Below are positions 1-5,960 of a stretch of DNA of 45,338 bases, piece after piece. The notes under the pieces are model-generated. The model ran no database searches and had not been told where the DNA came from. It saw only the letters and a program-made list of their open reading frames with translations. How positions within the stretch are numbered: position 1 is the first letter of the stretch; every line of letters starts with the position of its first letter. Position numbers and translations under genes: made by a program. Where the stretch lies: positions 1 through 45,338 of the IMG/VR virus record IMGVR_UViG_3300045988_062964, one strand, 5' to 3'. Source of the stretch: a virus.

Positions 1-55
1 TCATATCGTCACCTCCTGTATCATGTCGTTCTATGACAAGTATACGTCATTTAAT
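1..55. repeat. Terminal overlap, copy 1 (identical to 45284-45338)
   Basis: The 55-nt string tcatatcgtcacctcctgtatcatgtcgttctatgacaagtatacgtcatttaat occurs at both contig ends. Confidence 0.95.
33..50. promoter_or_regulatory. Candidate operator palindrome ATGAC-N8-GTCAT in the switch region
   Basis: ATGACaagtatacGTCAT overlaps the -10 of the leftward promoter. Further half-sites are ATGAC at 86-90 and ATGTC at 23-27. Confidence 0.5.
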
Positions 56-67
56 GCCATTTGTCAA
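39..67 (-). promoter_or_regulatory. Leftward early promoter (Cro-side)
   Basis: On the minus strand, TTGACA (67-62), a 17-nt spacer, then TATACT (44-39). It points at the SD GGAGGT (16-11) and the ATG at 4-2, which is the same site as 45287-45285. Confidence 0.65.
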
Positions 68-98
68 GATATTTTTAGTCGTTGAATGACATTTTCTA

Positions 99-127
99 TT
101 GACACAATTTATTATGTGTTTTATAAT
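99..127 (+). promoter_or_regulatory. Rightward promoter of the repressor gene
   Basis: Consensus TTGACA (99-104), a 17-nt spacer, then TATAAT (122-127), about 25 nt upstream of the ATG at 153. Confidence 0.7.
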
Positions 128-152
128 AAGCTCATCCAAGGGGGTGAGTTTT

Positions 153-542
153 ATGGGAATTGGAGATAGAATTAAAGAGGCTAGAAAATGCTGTGGAAAA
201 ACTCAGCAAGCCTTTGCGGATGCAATCGGAATAAAGCGGAACACCGTAACAAGCTATGAAACTGGAGCAATAGATCCAAGTGATAGAACTATCATGGATA
301 TCTGTCGTGAATTTAATGTAAATGAAGAATGGCTTCGTACTGGAGAAGGTGATATGTTTCTACAGCGTAGCCGAGAAGAGGAATTAGCGGCCTTTTTTGG
401 AGACATTTTGAGTGGGGAACCGGACTTTAAGCGCCGCCTTATATCTGTACTTGCTAGATTATCCTCTGACCAATGGGAGATGTTGGAGGATATGGCGAAC
501 AAATTGGTCGAGGAAATGCAAAAAGAAAAGCCGACCACCTAA
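153..542 (+). CDS. XRE-family HTH transcriptional repressor (CI-like), no recognisable S24 peptidase domain
   Basis: The internal ATG at 153 follows the SD GGGGGTGAG. HTH motif QQAFADAIGIKRNTVTSYETG. Divergent from the early operon. The C-terminal half is helical and acidic, not LexA/S24-like. Confidence 0.85.
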   Translation: MGIGDRIKEARKCCGKTQQAFADAIGIKRNTVTSYETGAIDPSDRTIMDICREFNVNEEWLRTGEGDMFLQRSREEELAAFFGDILSGEPDFKRRLISVLARLSSDQWEMLEDMANKLVEEMQKEKPTT

Positions 543-558
543 CTAGGCAGTCGGCTTT
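527..558. terminator. Hairpin between convergent genes (possible bidirectional terminator)
   Basis: AAAGCCGAC (527-535) pairs with GTCGGCTTT (550-558) around a 14-nt loop. It spans the stop of the repressor gene. Confidence 0.45.
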
Positions 559-567
559 AATGCGATT

Positions 568-675
568 CTATTTTGCAATGTGGAGAACAAACTGGTACAC
601 CCGCTTAACTTTATCTTCCGGCATTTCTGACACGATCTTTTCGATTTCTTTTAGCAATTTTTCTTTCGGCGTCAT
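568..675 (-). CDS. Small 35-aa protein, DUF2281-like (antitoxin-like) pattern
   Basis: Not on the ORF track because it is under 60 aa. Translation is MTPKEKLLKEIEKIVSEMPEDKVKRVYQFVLHIAK. The SD GGGAGGATGG lies upstream of the ATG at 675, and the stop is TAG at 570-568. Confidence 0.4.
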   Translation of the reverse strand: MTPKEKLLKEIEKIVSEMPEDKVKRVYQFVLHIAK

Positions 676-759
676 TCTGCACCATCCTCCCAGTTTATGC
701 CTTACACAATCTGTCAGGTTTTCCCGAGGCTGGGAATGTTGTTCCCTTGTTTACAATTA

Positions 760-775
760 TAGAACGTTAGTTCTA
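760..775. promoter_or_regulatory. Gram-positive LexA (Cheo/DinR) box
   Basis: TAGAAC-GTTA-GTTCTA matches the GAAC-N4-GTTC core with palindromic flanks. It overlaps a candidate promoter, TTTACA (750-755) and TATTTA (774-779). Confidence 0.6.
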
Positions 776-949
776 TTTAAGCAATATGTGTTATCACCAA
801 ATTGTGGCAGCTTATTTTCTATATGCTAAGAGATTGCTTCGTTGGAAAAGAGCGGATTATTGGACTATGCTTATGATATGGTACACCAACCCATAATTGC
901 CAAACAGAACGAGAATCTAGCGACAGAATTGTAATAGGAGGATTTACAT

Positions 950-1252
950 ATGCTTGACGAAAAAGATTTGCAGGCAATCGCACAGTTGATGGAGAAGCAA
1001 AAACAGGACATCATGTCTGAAACGAAGGGCTTGTTGGAACAGCAGAAACAGGACATCATGCACGATGTAAAGGTTTTATTGGACACGGAGGTCACAACCC
1101 GATTTAACCTTTTGGCCGAGGGACAGCAGGTCATTATGGACGCCATCACGCCAAAAAGTGAAATCGAGGAACTGCGAAACGAAGTATCCGTGCTTAAGCT
1201 GGCGATCCGCACCATGAATCAGGAAATCGCCGAACTGAAAAAAGCGCAATAA
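950..1252 (+). CDS. Hypothetical 100-aa coiled-coil protein with an internal repeat (EKQKQDIM / EQQKQDIM)
   Basis: SD TAGGAGG lies 7 nt upstream of the ATG. The protein is heptad-rich and has no recognisable family. It sits downstream of the LexA box. Confidence 0.7.
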   Translation: MLDEKDLQAIAQLMEKQKQDIMSETKGLLEQQKQDIMHDVKVLLDTEVTTRFNLLAEGQQVIMDAITPKSEIEELRNEVSVLKLAIRTMNQEIAELKKAQ

Positions 1253-1295
1253 AAATACCGCCCCCGGTGCTACCAACACCAGGGACGGCTCACAT

Positions 1296-1336
1296 AGGGG
1301 TGATAAGGTTTGGAGGCCATATCACCCCTCTATTTT
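1296..1336 (+). terminator. Hairpin / weak intrinsic terminator between the coiled-coil ORF and int
   Basis: AGGGGTGATA (1296-1305) pairs perfectly with TATCACCCCT (1320-1329), followed by CTATTTTAA. Confidence 0.5.
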
Positions 1337-1358
1337 AACAGAATAGGGGGTAAAGTCA

Positions 1359-2456
1359 ATGGATTACATCAGAAAAACAGCTCGCTACAATGGGAAAAAG
1401 TATGAAGCCACTGGTAAGACCGAGTTTGAAGCCCTGCAAAAGCTGGCGGACAAGCTGGCCGCCGCAAAGCGCGGTGAGGAGACTATAGGCGGCTCCATGA
1501 CCGTCAACGCTTGGTATAAGCAATGGCTGGAGCTCTACAAGGAGCCAAAAGGACTCACGGCTAAATCGCTGAAAATGTACGATGAAAAGTATGATAACTA
1601 TATCAAGCCCGCTATTGGTCACTTGAAATTGAAGGATGTTAAAGACGTGCACCTCCAGCGCATCCTTAACGGGCAGGCCGGGCGCTCTGCATCCCATGTA
1701 AAAAAACTGCGCATGGTGTTGCAGGAGATGTTCCGCAGGGCCAGACAATCCCGCCTTATCCCATACGATCCAGCCGAGCTGCTGGAGTTGCCCACCTATC
1801 ACGAGGGGAAAAGACGCTCTATCACTGAGGAGGAGCGTAAGGCCATTTTGGCCGTTGCTGAACACCATCGGGCCGGATTATGGGTGCTCACATTGCTATA
1901 TACTGGCATGAGGCCAGGAGAAACGGCAGCCCTTACTTGGTCAGACGTAGATTTCGAGCGCAACGAGATACACGTCCACACGGCGAGAGAAAGCGGCGCT
2001 AACAGCATCAAAGCCCCAAAAACAGAAGCCGGTATTCGGGACATCCCAATTCATGCTGCACTTTTCCCGTTGCTCCAGGCAGCACAACAAAAGCCATTTT
2101 CTCCTGTTTTTCTCAACGAGGCAGGGAACCGGCACACTGAAAAAACCATGCGTCGGCTTTGGCTTAATTTCAAGCGTGAATTAGATATCTATATGGGAGC
2201 GAAAGTAAAAAGAAACCAGATTATTGAAAGCGTGGTAGCAACGGATTTGACACCGTACTGTCTTCGCCACACCTTTTGCACGGATCTTCAAAGGGCTGGA
2301 GTGCCTATTAACGTAGCAAAGGAGCTTATGGGTCATTCCGACATCCAAACAACTGCAAATATTTATACGCATAAAGACGGATACACTATGCACCAAGGAA
2401 TCGCCCTTCTAGATGGAAGTGGTGGAAAAAGTGGTGGAAATTCAAAGTTGGCATAA
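1359..2456 (+). CDS. int: Tyrosine recombinase / phage integrase
   Basis: 365 aa. Arg-I context TGMRPGE. Box II is CLRHTFCTDL...LMGHSDIQTTANIYTH, giving the H-x-x-R, H and Y catalytic pattern. It sits next to attP. Confidence 0.95.
   Translation: MDYIRKTARYNGKKYEATGKTEFEALQKLADKLAAAKRGEETIGGSMTVNAWYKQWLELYKEPKGLTAKSLKMYDEKYDNYIKPAIGHLKLKDVKDVHLQRILNGQAGRSASHVKKLRMVLQEMFRRARQSRLIPYDPAELLELPTYHEGKRRSITEEERKAILAVAEHHRAGLWVLTLLYTGMRPGETAALTWSDVDFERNEIHVHTARESGANSIKAPKTEAGIRDIPIHAALFPLLQAAQQKPFSPVFLNEAGNRHTEKTMRRLWLNFKRELDIYMGAKVKRNQIIESVVATDLTPYCLRHTFCTDLQRAGVPINVAKELMGHSDIQTTANIYTHKDGYTMHQGIALLDGSGGKSGGNSKLA
2419..2440 (+). repeat. Arm-type repeat pair GTGGTGGAAA x2 (P arm), inside the int 3' end
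   Basis: GTGGTGGAAA occurs at 2419-2428 and 2431-2440 with 12-bp spacing. The same decamer pair recurs at 2655-2676. Confidence 0.6.
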
Positions 2457-2509
2457 CATAAATATATTGAGCCGAAATTGTTTGAAGTGGTTGATACTTT
2501 CTGATTCCG

Positions 2510-2549
2510 GTTCTGAAGGCTGGGGGTTCGAGTCCCTTCGGGCGTACCA
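2510..2549 (+). other. tRNA 3'-end fragment (T-arm, acceptor 3' strand and CCA); probable attP core
   Basis: GGGGG-TTCGAGT-CCCTT T-arm at 2522-2538, then CGGGCGT-A-CCA at 2539-2549. No matching 5' acceptor strand, D-arm or anticodon arm lies upstream. Confidence 0.65.
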
Positions 2550-2557
2550 AAACAAAA

Positions 2558-2600
2558 AGTCAGGAAATGCTTGTTACATCAAGTGTTTCCTGACTTTTTT
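2558..2600 (+). terminator. Intrinsic terminator after the tRNA-like fragment
   Basis: AGTCAGGAAA pairs with TTTCCTGACT and is followed by TTTTTT. Confidence 0.75.
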
Positions 2601-2654
2601 ATTCCCTACATCAGAAGCATAGAAAACATAAAATAGCATATTCAGGCACATAAG

Positions 2655-2684
2655 GTGGTGGAAATGGTGGTGGAAATTCCACCG
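2655..2684 (+). repeat. Arm-type repeat pair GTGGTGGAAA x2 (P' arm), ending in the palindrome GGTGGAAATTCCACC
   Basis: Decamers at 2655-2664 and 2667-2676 with 12-bp spacing. The second runs into an inverted copy at 2670-2684. Confidence 0.6.
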
Positions 2685-2744
2685 GTGACCTGTGCAAATT
2701 GAAATGAATAGTGATACACTTTGGCCGTCAATGCCTTCAGGTCA

Positions 2745-2773
2745 TAAAAAAGGCAGAGGCAACAGCCTCTGCC
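2745..2773 (-). terminator. Intrinsic terminator ending the cargo cassette
   Basis: On the minus strand, GGCAGAGGC-tgtt-GCCTCTGCC followed by TTTTTTA, immediately after the stop at 2780. Confidence 0.8.
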
Positions 2774-2779
2774 CTCTCT

Positions 2780-3589
2780 TTAAGCCCTTACAATGTACTC
2801 ATAGTAGCGGGCCAGTTTGTCCTCCGGTGCGTCCTTGTCACAGAGGAACGATTTTGCCATGTCGGCGTAAAAATCAATCTTATCGCCGACACCGTGCTTC
2901 TTGGCTACTTTAACGTAGTCACTATAGACCATGTTGAGGGCCGCCCAGAACTGGATGGGGTCGCACTCAATCTCACGCTGGGCCATGACCTGTTTGGCCT
3001 GCTCCAGCGTCCAGTGAGCGCCACGGGTGCCATCCTCGTTGTCCATATGCTTAGACCATTCATCGGCCATCTCCTTGGTGAAAGGAATATAGCTGGAAGA
3101 TGCCCCATAACCTGTCATATGTTCTCCACCTTTTCTGTATGCCATCTCGTCCATGCGGTAGTCATGGTCAAACTCTCTCGGAGTCCTCATTTCACCTTCG
3201 CCAGAGATAGCGAATCCGATTTTGTTCATGGGACGATTCATCTCCCGTCGCTCTGTGTATGCGCTCCCATCCTCCCGATAGACCGGGGGGACGTAGGGGT
3301 AGCCGTAGTGAGACCGGGGACCGTACATCCGATCATCCCAGTATCGGCTCTCTACCCACATACCGCCATCGTTCCGTGGGGCAAAACGCCCATCAGAGTA
3401 ACGGCGATAGCCCCGATCCTCCGGCTCCATCATCTCAGAGCGCGGTGCATAACGGCCATTGTCGTAATGCTCCCGGCCACGGCGGTCACGAAACTTATCA
3501 TCGACATCGTAGTTGTCGTAGCTCCGTCCGTCGTTGTAGCGGCGATTGTTGCCACTGGACATGAGCATCATCCGAGTAGATCGTTTCAT
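2780..3589 (-). CDS. Cargo protein G: Arg/Tyr/Asp-rich low-complexity N-terminal half plus a globular C-terminal domain of unknown family
   Basis: 269 aa, SD AAGGAGGGG. Repeated GR[YF]APR[SN][ED] motifs. The C-terminal roughly 110 aa (FTKEMADEW...YYEYIVRA) look globular. Confidence 0.75.
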   Translation of the reverse strand: MKRSTRMMLMSSGNNRRYNDGRSYDNYDVDDKFRDRRGREHYDNGRYAPRSEMMEPEDRGYRRYSDGRFAPRNDGGMWVESRYWDDRMYGPRSHYGYPYVPPVYREDGSAYTERREMNRPMNKIGFAISGEGEMRTPREFDHDYRMDEMAYRKGGEHMTGYGASSSYIPFTKEMADEWSKHMDNEDGTRGAHWTLEQAKQVMAQREIECDPIQFWAALNMVYSDYVKVAKKHGVGDKIDFYADMAKSFLCDKDAPEDKLARYYEYIVRA

Positions 3590-3601
3590 TTTGACCCCTC
3601 C

Positions 3602-3997
3602 TTACGCCGTAGGGGCGGGTGCAGCACCGCCGTCAATACTGGCAAGATTGTTACTGGGAGAGCAGCAGGGCTGCCCCAACATGCGGAACGAGCCGCCGGT
3701 GGGGGTAGTCACCACACAGACGGAGTAGCGGGTGCGAGTGCGGATGCCGCAGGCAGTCACCTGAGCGCAGTTACGCTTGGTAAGGGGATATAGCTCTGTC
3801 CCCGTACCAATAGTAATGTACACAGGTGCATTGATGGTAGTTGTGGCCGGGATGGACTGAGCTACCACAATACAATACTTTCCGCCGTTGTTGTAGGCAC
3901 CGGCAGGCAGATTGATTTCAAGGTTGCCGCCGGTAAAGGTGACCGCCTGGCTTAGGACCAGGTTGTCGCACAGACGGCAAACAGGCTTACAAGACAT
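3602..3997 (-). CDS. Cargo protein F: Cys-rich, beta-rich 131-aa protein (N-terminal C-x3-C-x2-C, C-terminal CC)
   Basis: The start was moved to MSCKPVCRLCDN because the SD GGAGG lies 8 nt upstream. The longer ORF start at 4030 falls inside a terminator hairpin. The protein has 11 Cys. Confidence 0.7.
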   Translation of the reverse strand: MSCKPVCRLCDNLVLSQAVTFTGGNLEINLPAGAYNNGGKYCIVVAQSIPATTTINAPVYITIGTGTELYPLTKRNCAQVTACGIRTRTRYSVCVVTTPTGGSFRMLGQPCCSPSNNLASIDGGAAPAPTA

Positions 3998-3998
3998 A

Positions 3999-4035
3999 AA
4001 ATACCTCCAAAAATCAGGGGCGGCAGACACTTAGC
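3999..4035 (-). terminator. Terminator-like hairpin abutting the SD of protein F
   Basis: On the minus strand, GGGGCGGC-13 nt-GCCGCCCC followed by TGATTTTT and then GGAGG. A second 10-bp hairpin, ACTTACGAGG/CCTCGTAAGT, lies at about 4065-4095. Confidence 0.55.
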
Positions 4036-4097
4036 CCGCCGCCCCGAAATAGTCACGGCAAAGCCGGAAGACCAACTTACGAGGATTCCTCGTAAGT

Positions 4098-4859
4098 TTA
4101 GCAGCCACAACCGCAGCCGTTGTTGTAGGTCCCGCAATAGGGATAGGGGGCGGGCACCTGGTAAGCGGGCACGGGCATGGGATTGATGCGCCGAATCAGT
4201 TCAGAGGTCTGAGCGTCCAGAGTGGCGGTCAGATAGCTGTTCTGGTTGGCCTGAGAGGCAGCCAGCTTCAGGGACTGGTTTTCCGCCTGAAGGGAATCAA
4301 TCTTGCTCTGAGTCAGGAAATCCAGAATGGCGCGGGTGTTGGAATTGTTGTTCTCCAGAATATCGCGGGTGCTGCCCTGGATGGTATTCTGGATGGCGCA
4401 GGTGTTGGTAGCCATGTTGTAATTCACGCCGTCGATGGCGCGCTGGGTCTGGCAGCAGCAGTCCTGTGCCTGAGCGGCCATGTTGCACATCTGAGACTGG
4501 ACACCGTTGAAGCCCTGAAGCAGCGCCACATTGGTGTTGTTGAAGCCGCTGGTGATGCTGTTGTTCAGGGCATAGGTGCTGTCACAGATGCCCTGCTGGA
4601 TAGCAGAGATGCCGCGCTCCACACCATTGAAGGCAATGGCCTCATTGACATCGGCACGGGTAGCTAGGCCCTGGAGGCCGGGATCGGTGCTGGCACCGCC
4701 ACCGCCGAAACCACCGAAGCCGCCGCGGCCCCAGCCAAAAATCATGGCGAAGATGATGATAGCCCACCAGCCATCGCCACCCCAAAAGCCGCCATTGTTA
4801 CAGTTGCCGCCGTTGGAGTCGGATCCAAGAGCATAGCCAGTCGCAAAATCGTTATCCAT
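4098..4859 (-). CDS. Cargo protein E: Gly/Trp-rich single-pass membrane protein with an Asn/Gln-rich body and a C-terminal CGCGC tail
   Basis: 253 aa, SD AAAGGAG. The N-terminus is GGFWGGDGWWAIIIFAMIFGWGRGGFGGFGGGG. There is a CCC cluster mid-protein, and the protein ends YCGTYNNGCGCGC. Confidence 0.8.
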   Translation of the reverse strand: MDNDFATGYALGSDSNGGNCNNGGFWGGDGWWAIIIFAMIFGWGRGGFGGFGGGGASTDPGLQGLATRADVNEAIAFNGVERGISAIQQGICDSTYALNNSITSGFNNTNVALLQGFNGVQSQMCNMAAQAQDCCCQTQRAIDGVNYNMATNTCAIQNTIQGSTRDILENNNSNTRAILDFLTQSKIDSLQAENQSLKLAASQANQNSYLTATLDAQTSELIRRINPMPVPAYQVPAPYPYCGTYNNGCGCGC

Positions 4860-4968
4860 TGTATATACTCCTTTGTCAGTTATTACATCGGGGCCGTACG
4901 CTCCCCGGATGTTTCCAAAGAGCGGTTTTTTGTCAAGACACCGAAAAACTGAAAAGAAGTGCTCTATT

Positions 4969-5226
4969 TTATTTCATGGGTATACCTAGTTGTCGTGCAA
5001 TTTCCTCAACGGAGGTTCCCCTCTGTTTTGCCATGTTTTCCGCAGTCTGGCGAAGCTGCTGCGGGTTTTTCCCTTGAATGAGCCGCATAGCTTGAGCTGC
5101 CTGCGGATTCTGTCCAGCCATCTGCTGGAGCATTTGCATGGGATTCCCGCCGTTCCGCGCCATCTGGAGCATGGCCGTCATGGGATTATTCATCGGAGGC
5201 ATCATTCTTTTTCCCTGCCTTTCCAC
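4969..5226 (-). CDS. Cargo protein D: Met/Gln/Pro/Asn-rich small protein (start uncertain, 5226 or about 5205)
   Basis: Contains repeated NP(M/Q)Q motifs in the 85-aa ORF. The C-terminus is GTSVEEIARQLGIPMK. It overlaps the end of protein C. Confidence 0.6.
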   Translation of the reverse strand: MERQGKRMMPPMNNPMTAMLQMARNGGNPMQMLQQMAGQNPQAAQAMRLIQGKNPQQLRQTAENMAKQRGTSVEEIARQLGIPMK

Positions 5227-5671
5227 CAGAAGCGGGCTTTTTCAGCCGTTCTATCTCGTCCTTCAAATTGTTGATGGTGTCCTTCATGTCCATAAATTCA
5301 TCCAGCGGTGCGAAAGCAGGGGCCGGATTCTCCGTCTGTTGTTCTTTTGCCTGCTGTTGACCATGGAATTCAAACACATCAGCAGCTCCGGTATTGGTAT
5401 TGAAGCGTTTCATATAGACCACATTATGAGCGAGGTCGGGGAAAAACATGGGAGCACCCATGAAGTCAACCGGGACCCCCAGCGCTTCTTCTCTAGAGGC
5501 CACAGGACGGCAGAAAAAGGCAGGCTGCGTGTTTACATTCCCCTGTGGCTGAATGGTCTGCGAGGGCTGCTGAGCAGGCTGCTGGGGCTGATATACTTGT
5601 GGAGCCGGAGCAAACGGGGTAACAGGATTGTAGGCCCCATAAGCCGGGTATGTGTAATTAGGAAACGCCAT
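5186..5671 (-). CDS. Cargo protein C: Pro/Gln-rich N-terminus, conserved-looking core, C-terminal coiled coil
   Basis: 161 aa, SD GGGGAGGGAGG. The core is RPVASREEALGVPVDFMGAPMFFPDL, and the tail is DTINNLKDEIERLKK. Confidence 0.75.
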   Translation of the reverse strand: MAFPNYTYPAYGAYNPVTPFAPAPQVYQPQQPAQQPSQTIQPQGNVNTQPAFFCRPVASREEALGVPVDFMGAPMFFPDLAHNVVYMKRFNTNTGAADVFEFHGQQQAKEQQTENPAPAFAPLDEFMDMKDTINNLKDEIERLKKPASGGKAGKKNDASDE

Positions 5672-5891
5672 ACTGACGCGCCTCCCTCCCCGCCTCCAAT
5701 GCGGTTACGTAATCCTCTAGGCCCTCGTCATCTCCCTGTGCCATGTACCACATCGCTGTTTCGGCGGCACAATCGCGGGACATGCCAGCGGCTACCATCC
5801 TCTCGATTAGAGTCATATCCAACACGTCCTTGTCCATAAAATAAGGAGTCCGTGAGGAGGGCGGCGACGTGTACCAACCCTGTATCCTCAC
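5658..5891 (-). CDS. Cargo protein B: small acidic hypothetical protein (start uncertain)
   Basis: The 77-aa ORF has a GTG at 5891 only 1-2 nt after AGGAGG, which is too close for a normal SD spacing. The internal ATG (MDKDVLD) has no clear SD. Confidence 0.45.
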   Translation of the reverse strand: MRIQGWYTSPPSSRTPYFMDKDVLDMTLIERMVAAGMSRDCAAETAMWYMAQGDDEGLEDYVTALEAGREARQYGVS

Positions 5892-5914
5892 GTCCTCCTA
5901 TTGATATTGTCGCA

Positions 5915-5951
5915 TAAAAAAACTTCCGCCGGGGGACATTCCAGCGGAAGT
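5915..5951 (-). terminator. Strong intrinsic terminator separating the late/lysis operon from cargo genes B-G
   Basis: On the minus strand, ACTTCCGC-14 nt-GCGGAAGT followed by TTTTTTT. Confidence 0.8.
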
Positions 5952-5960
5952 TTGGGGGCG

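Noticed and set aside
2471-2549. A complete tRNA gene downstream of int.
   Set aside because: Only the T-arm, 3' acceptor strand and CCA are present. No complementary 5' acceptor strand (ACGCCCG), D-arm or anticodon arm could be found upstream, so it is treated as an attP fragment. The acceptor lacks the G3:U70 identity expected for tmRNA.
2711-3793. Long + strand ORFs antisense to minus-strand genes (for example 2711-3793 at 360 aa, 5138-5839, 6534-7283, 7334-7858, 9031-9813, 20791-21369, 25404-26351, 27130-27906, 28956-29621).
   Set aside because: They overlap well-supported minus-strand genes, lack SD sites and have Arg/Pro/Gly/His-rich shadow-frame composition typical of GC-rich DNA.
3998-4030. 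The longer start (MSAAPDFWRYF) for the Cys-rich protein.
   Set aside because: It has no SD and its codons lie within the GGGGCGGC/GCCGCCCC terminator-like hairpin. The ATG at 3997 has a GGAGG SD at correct spacing.
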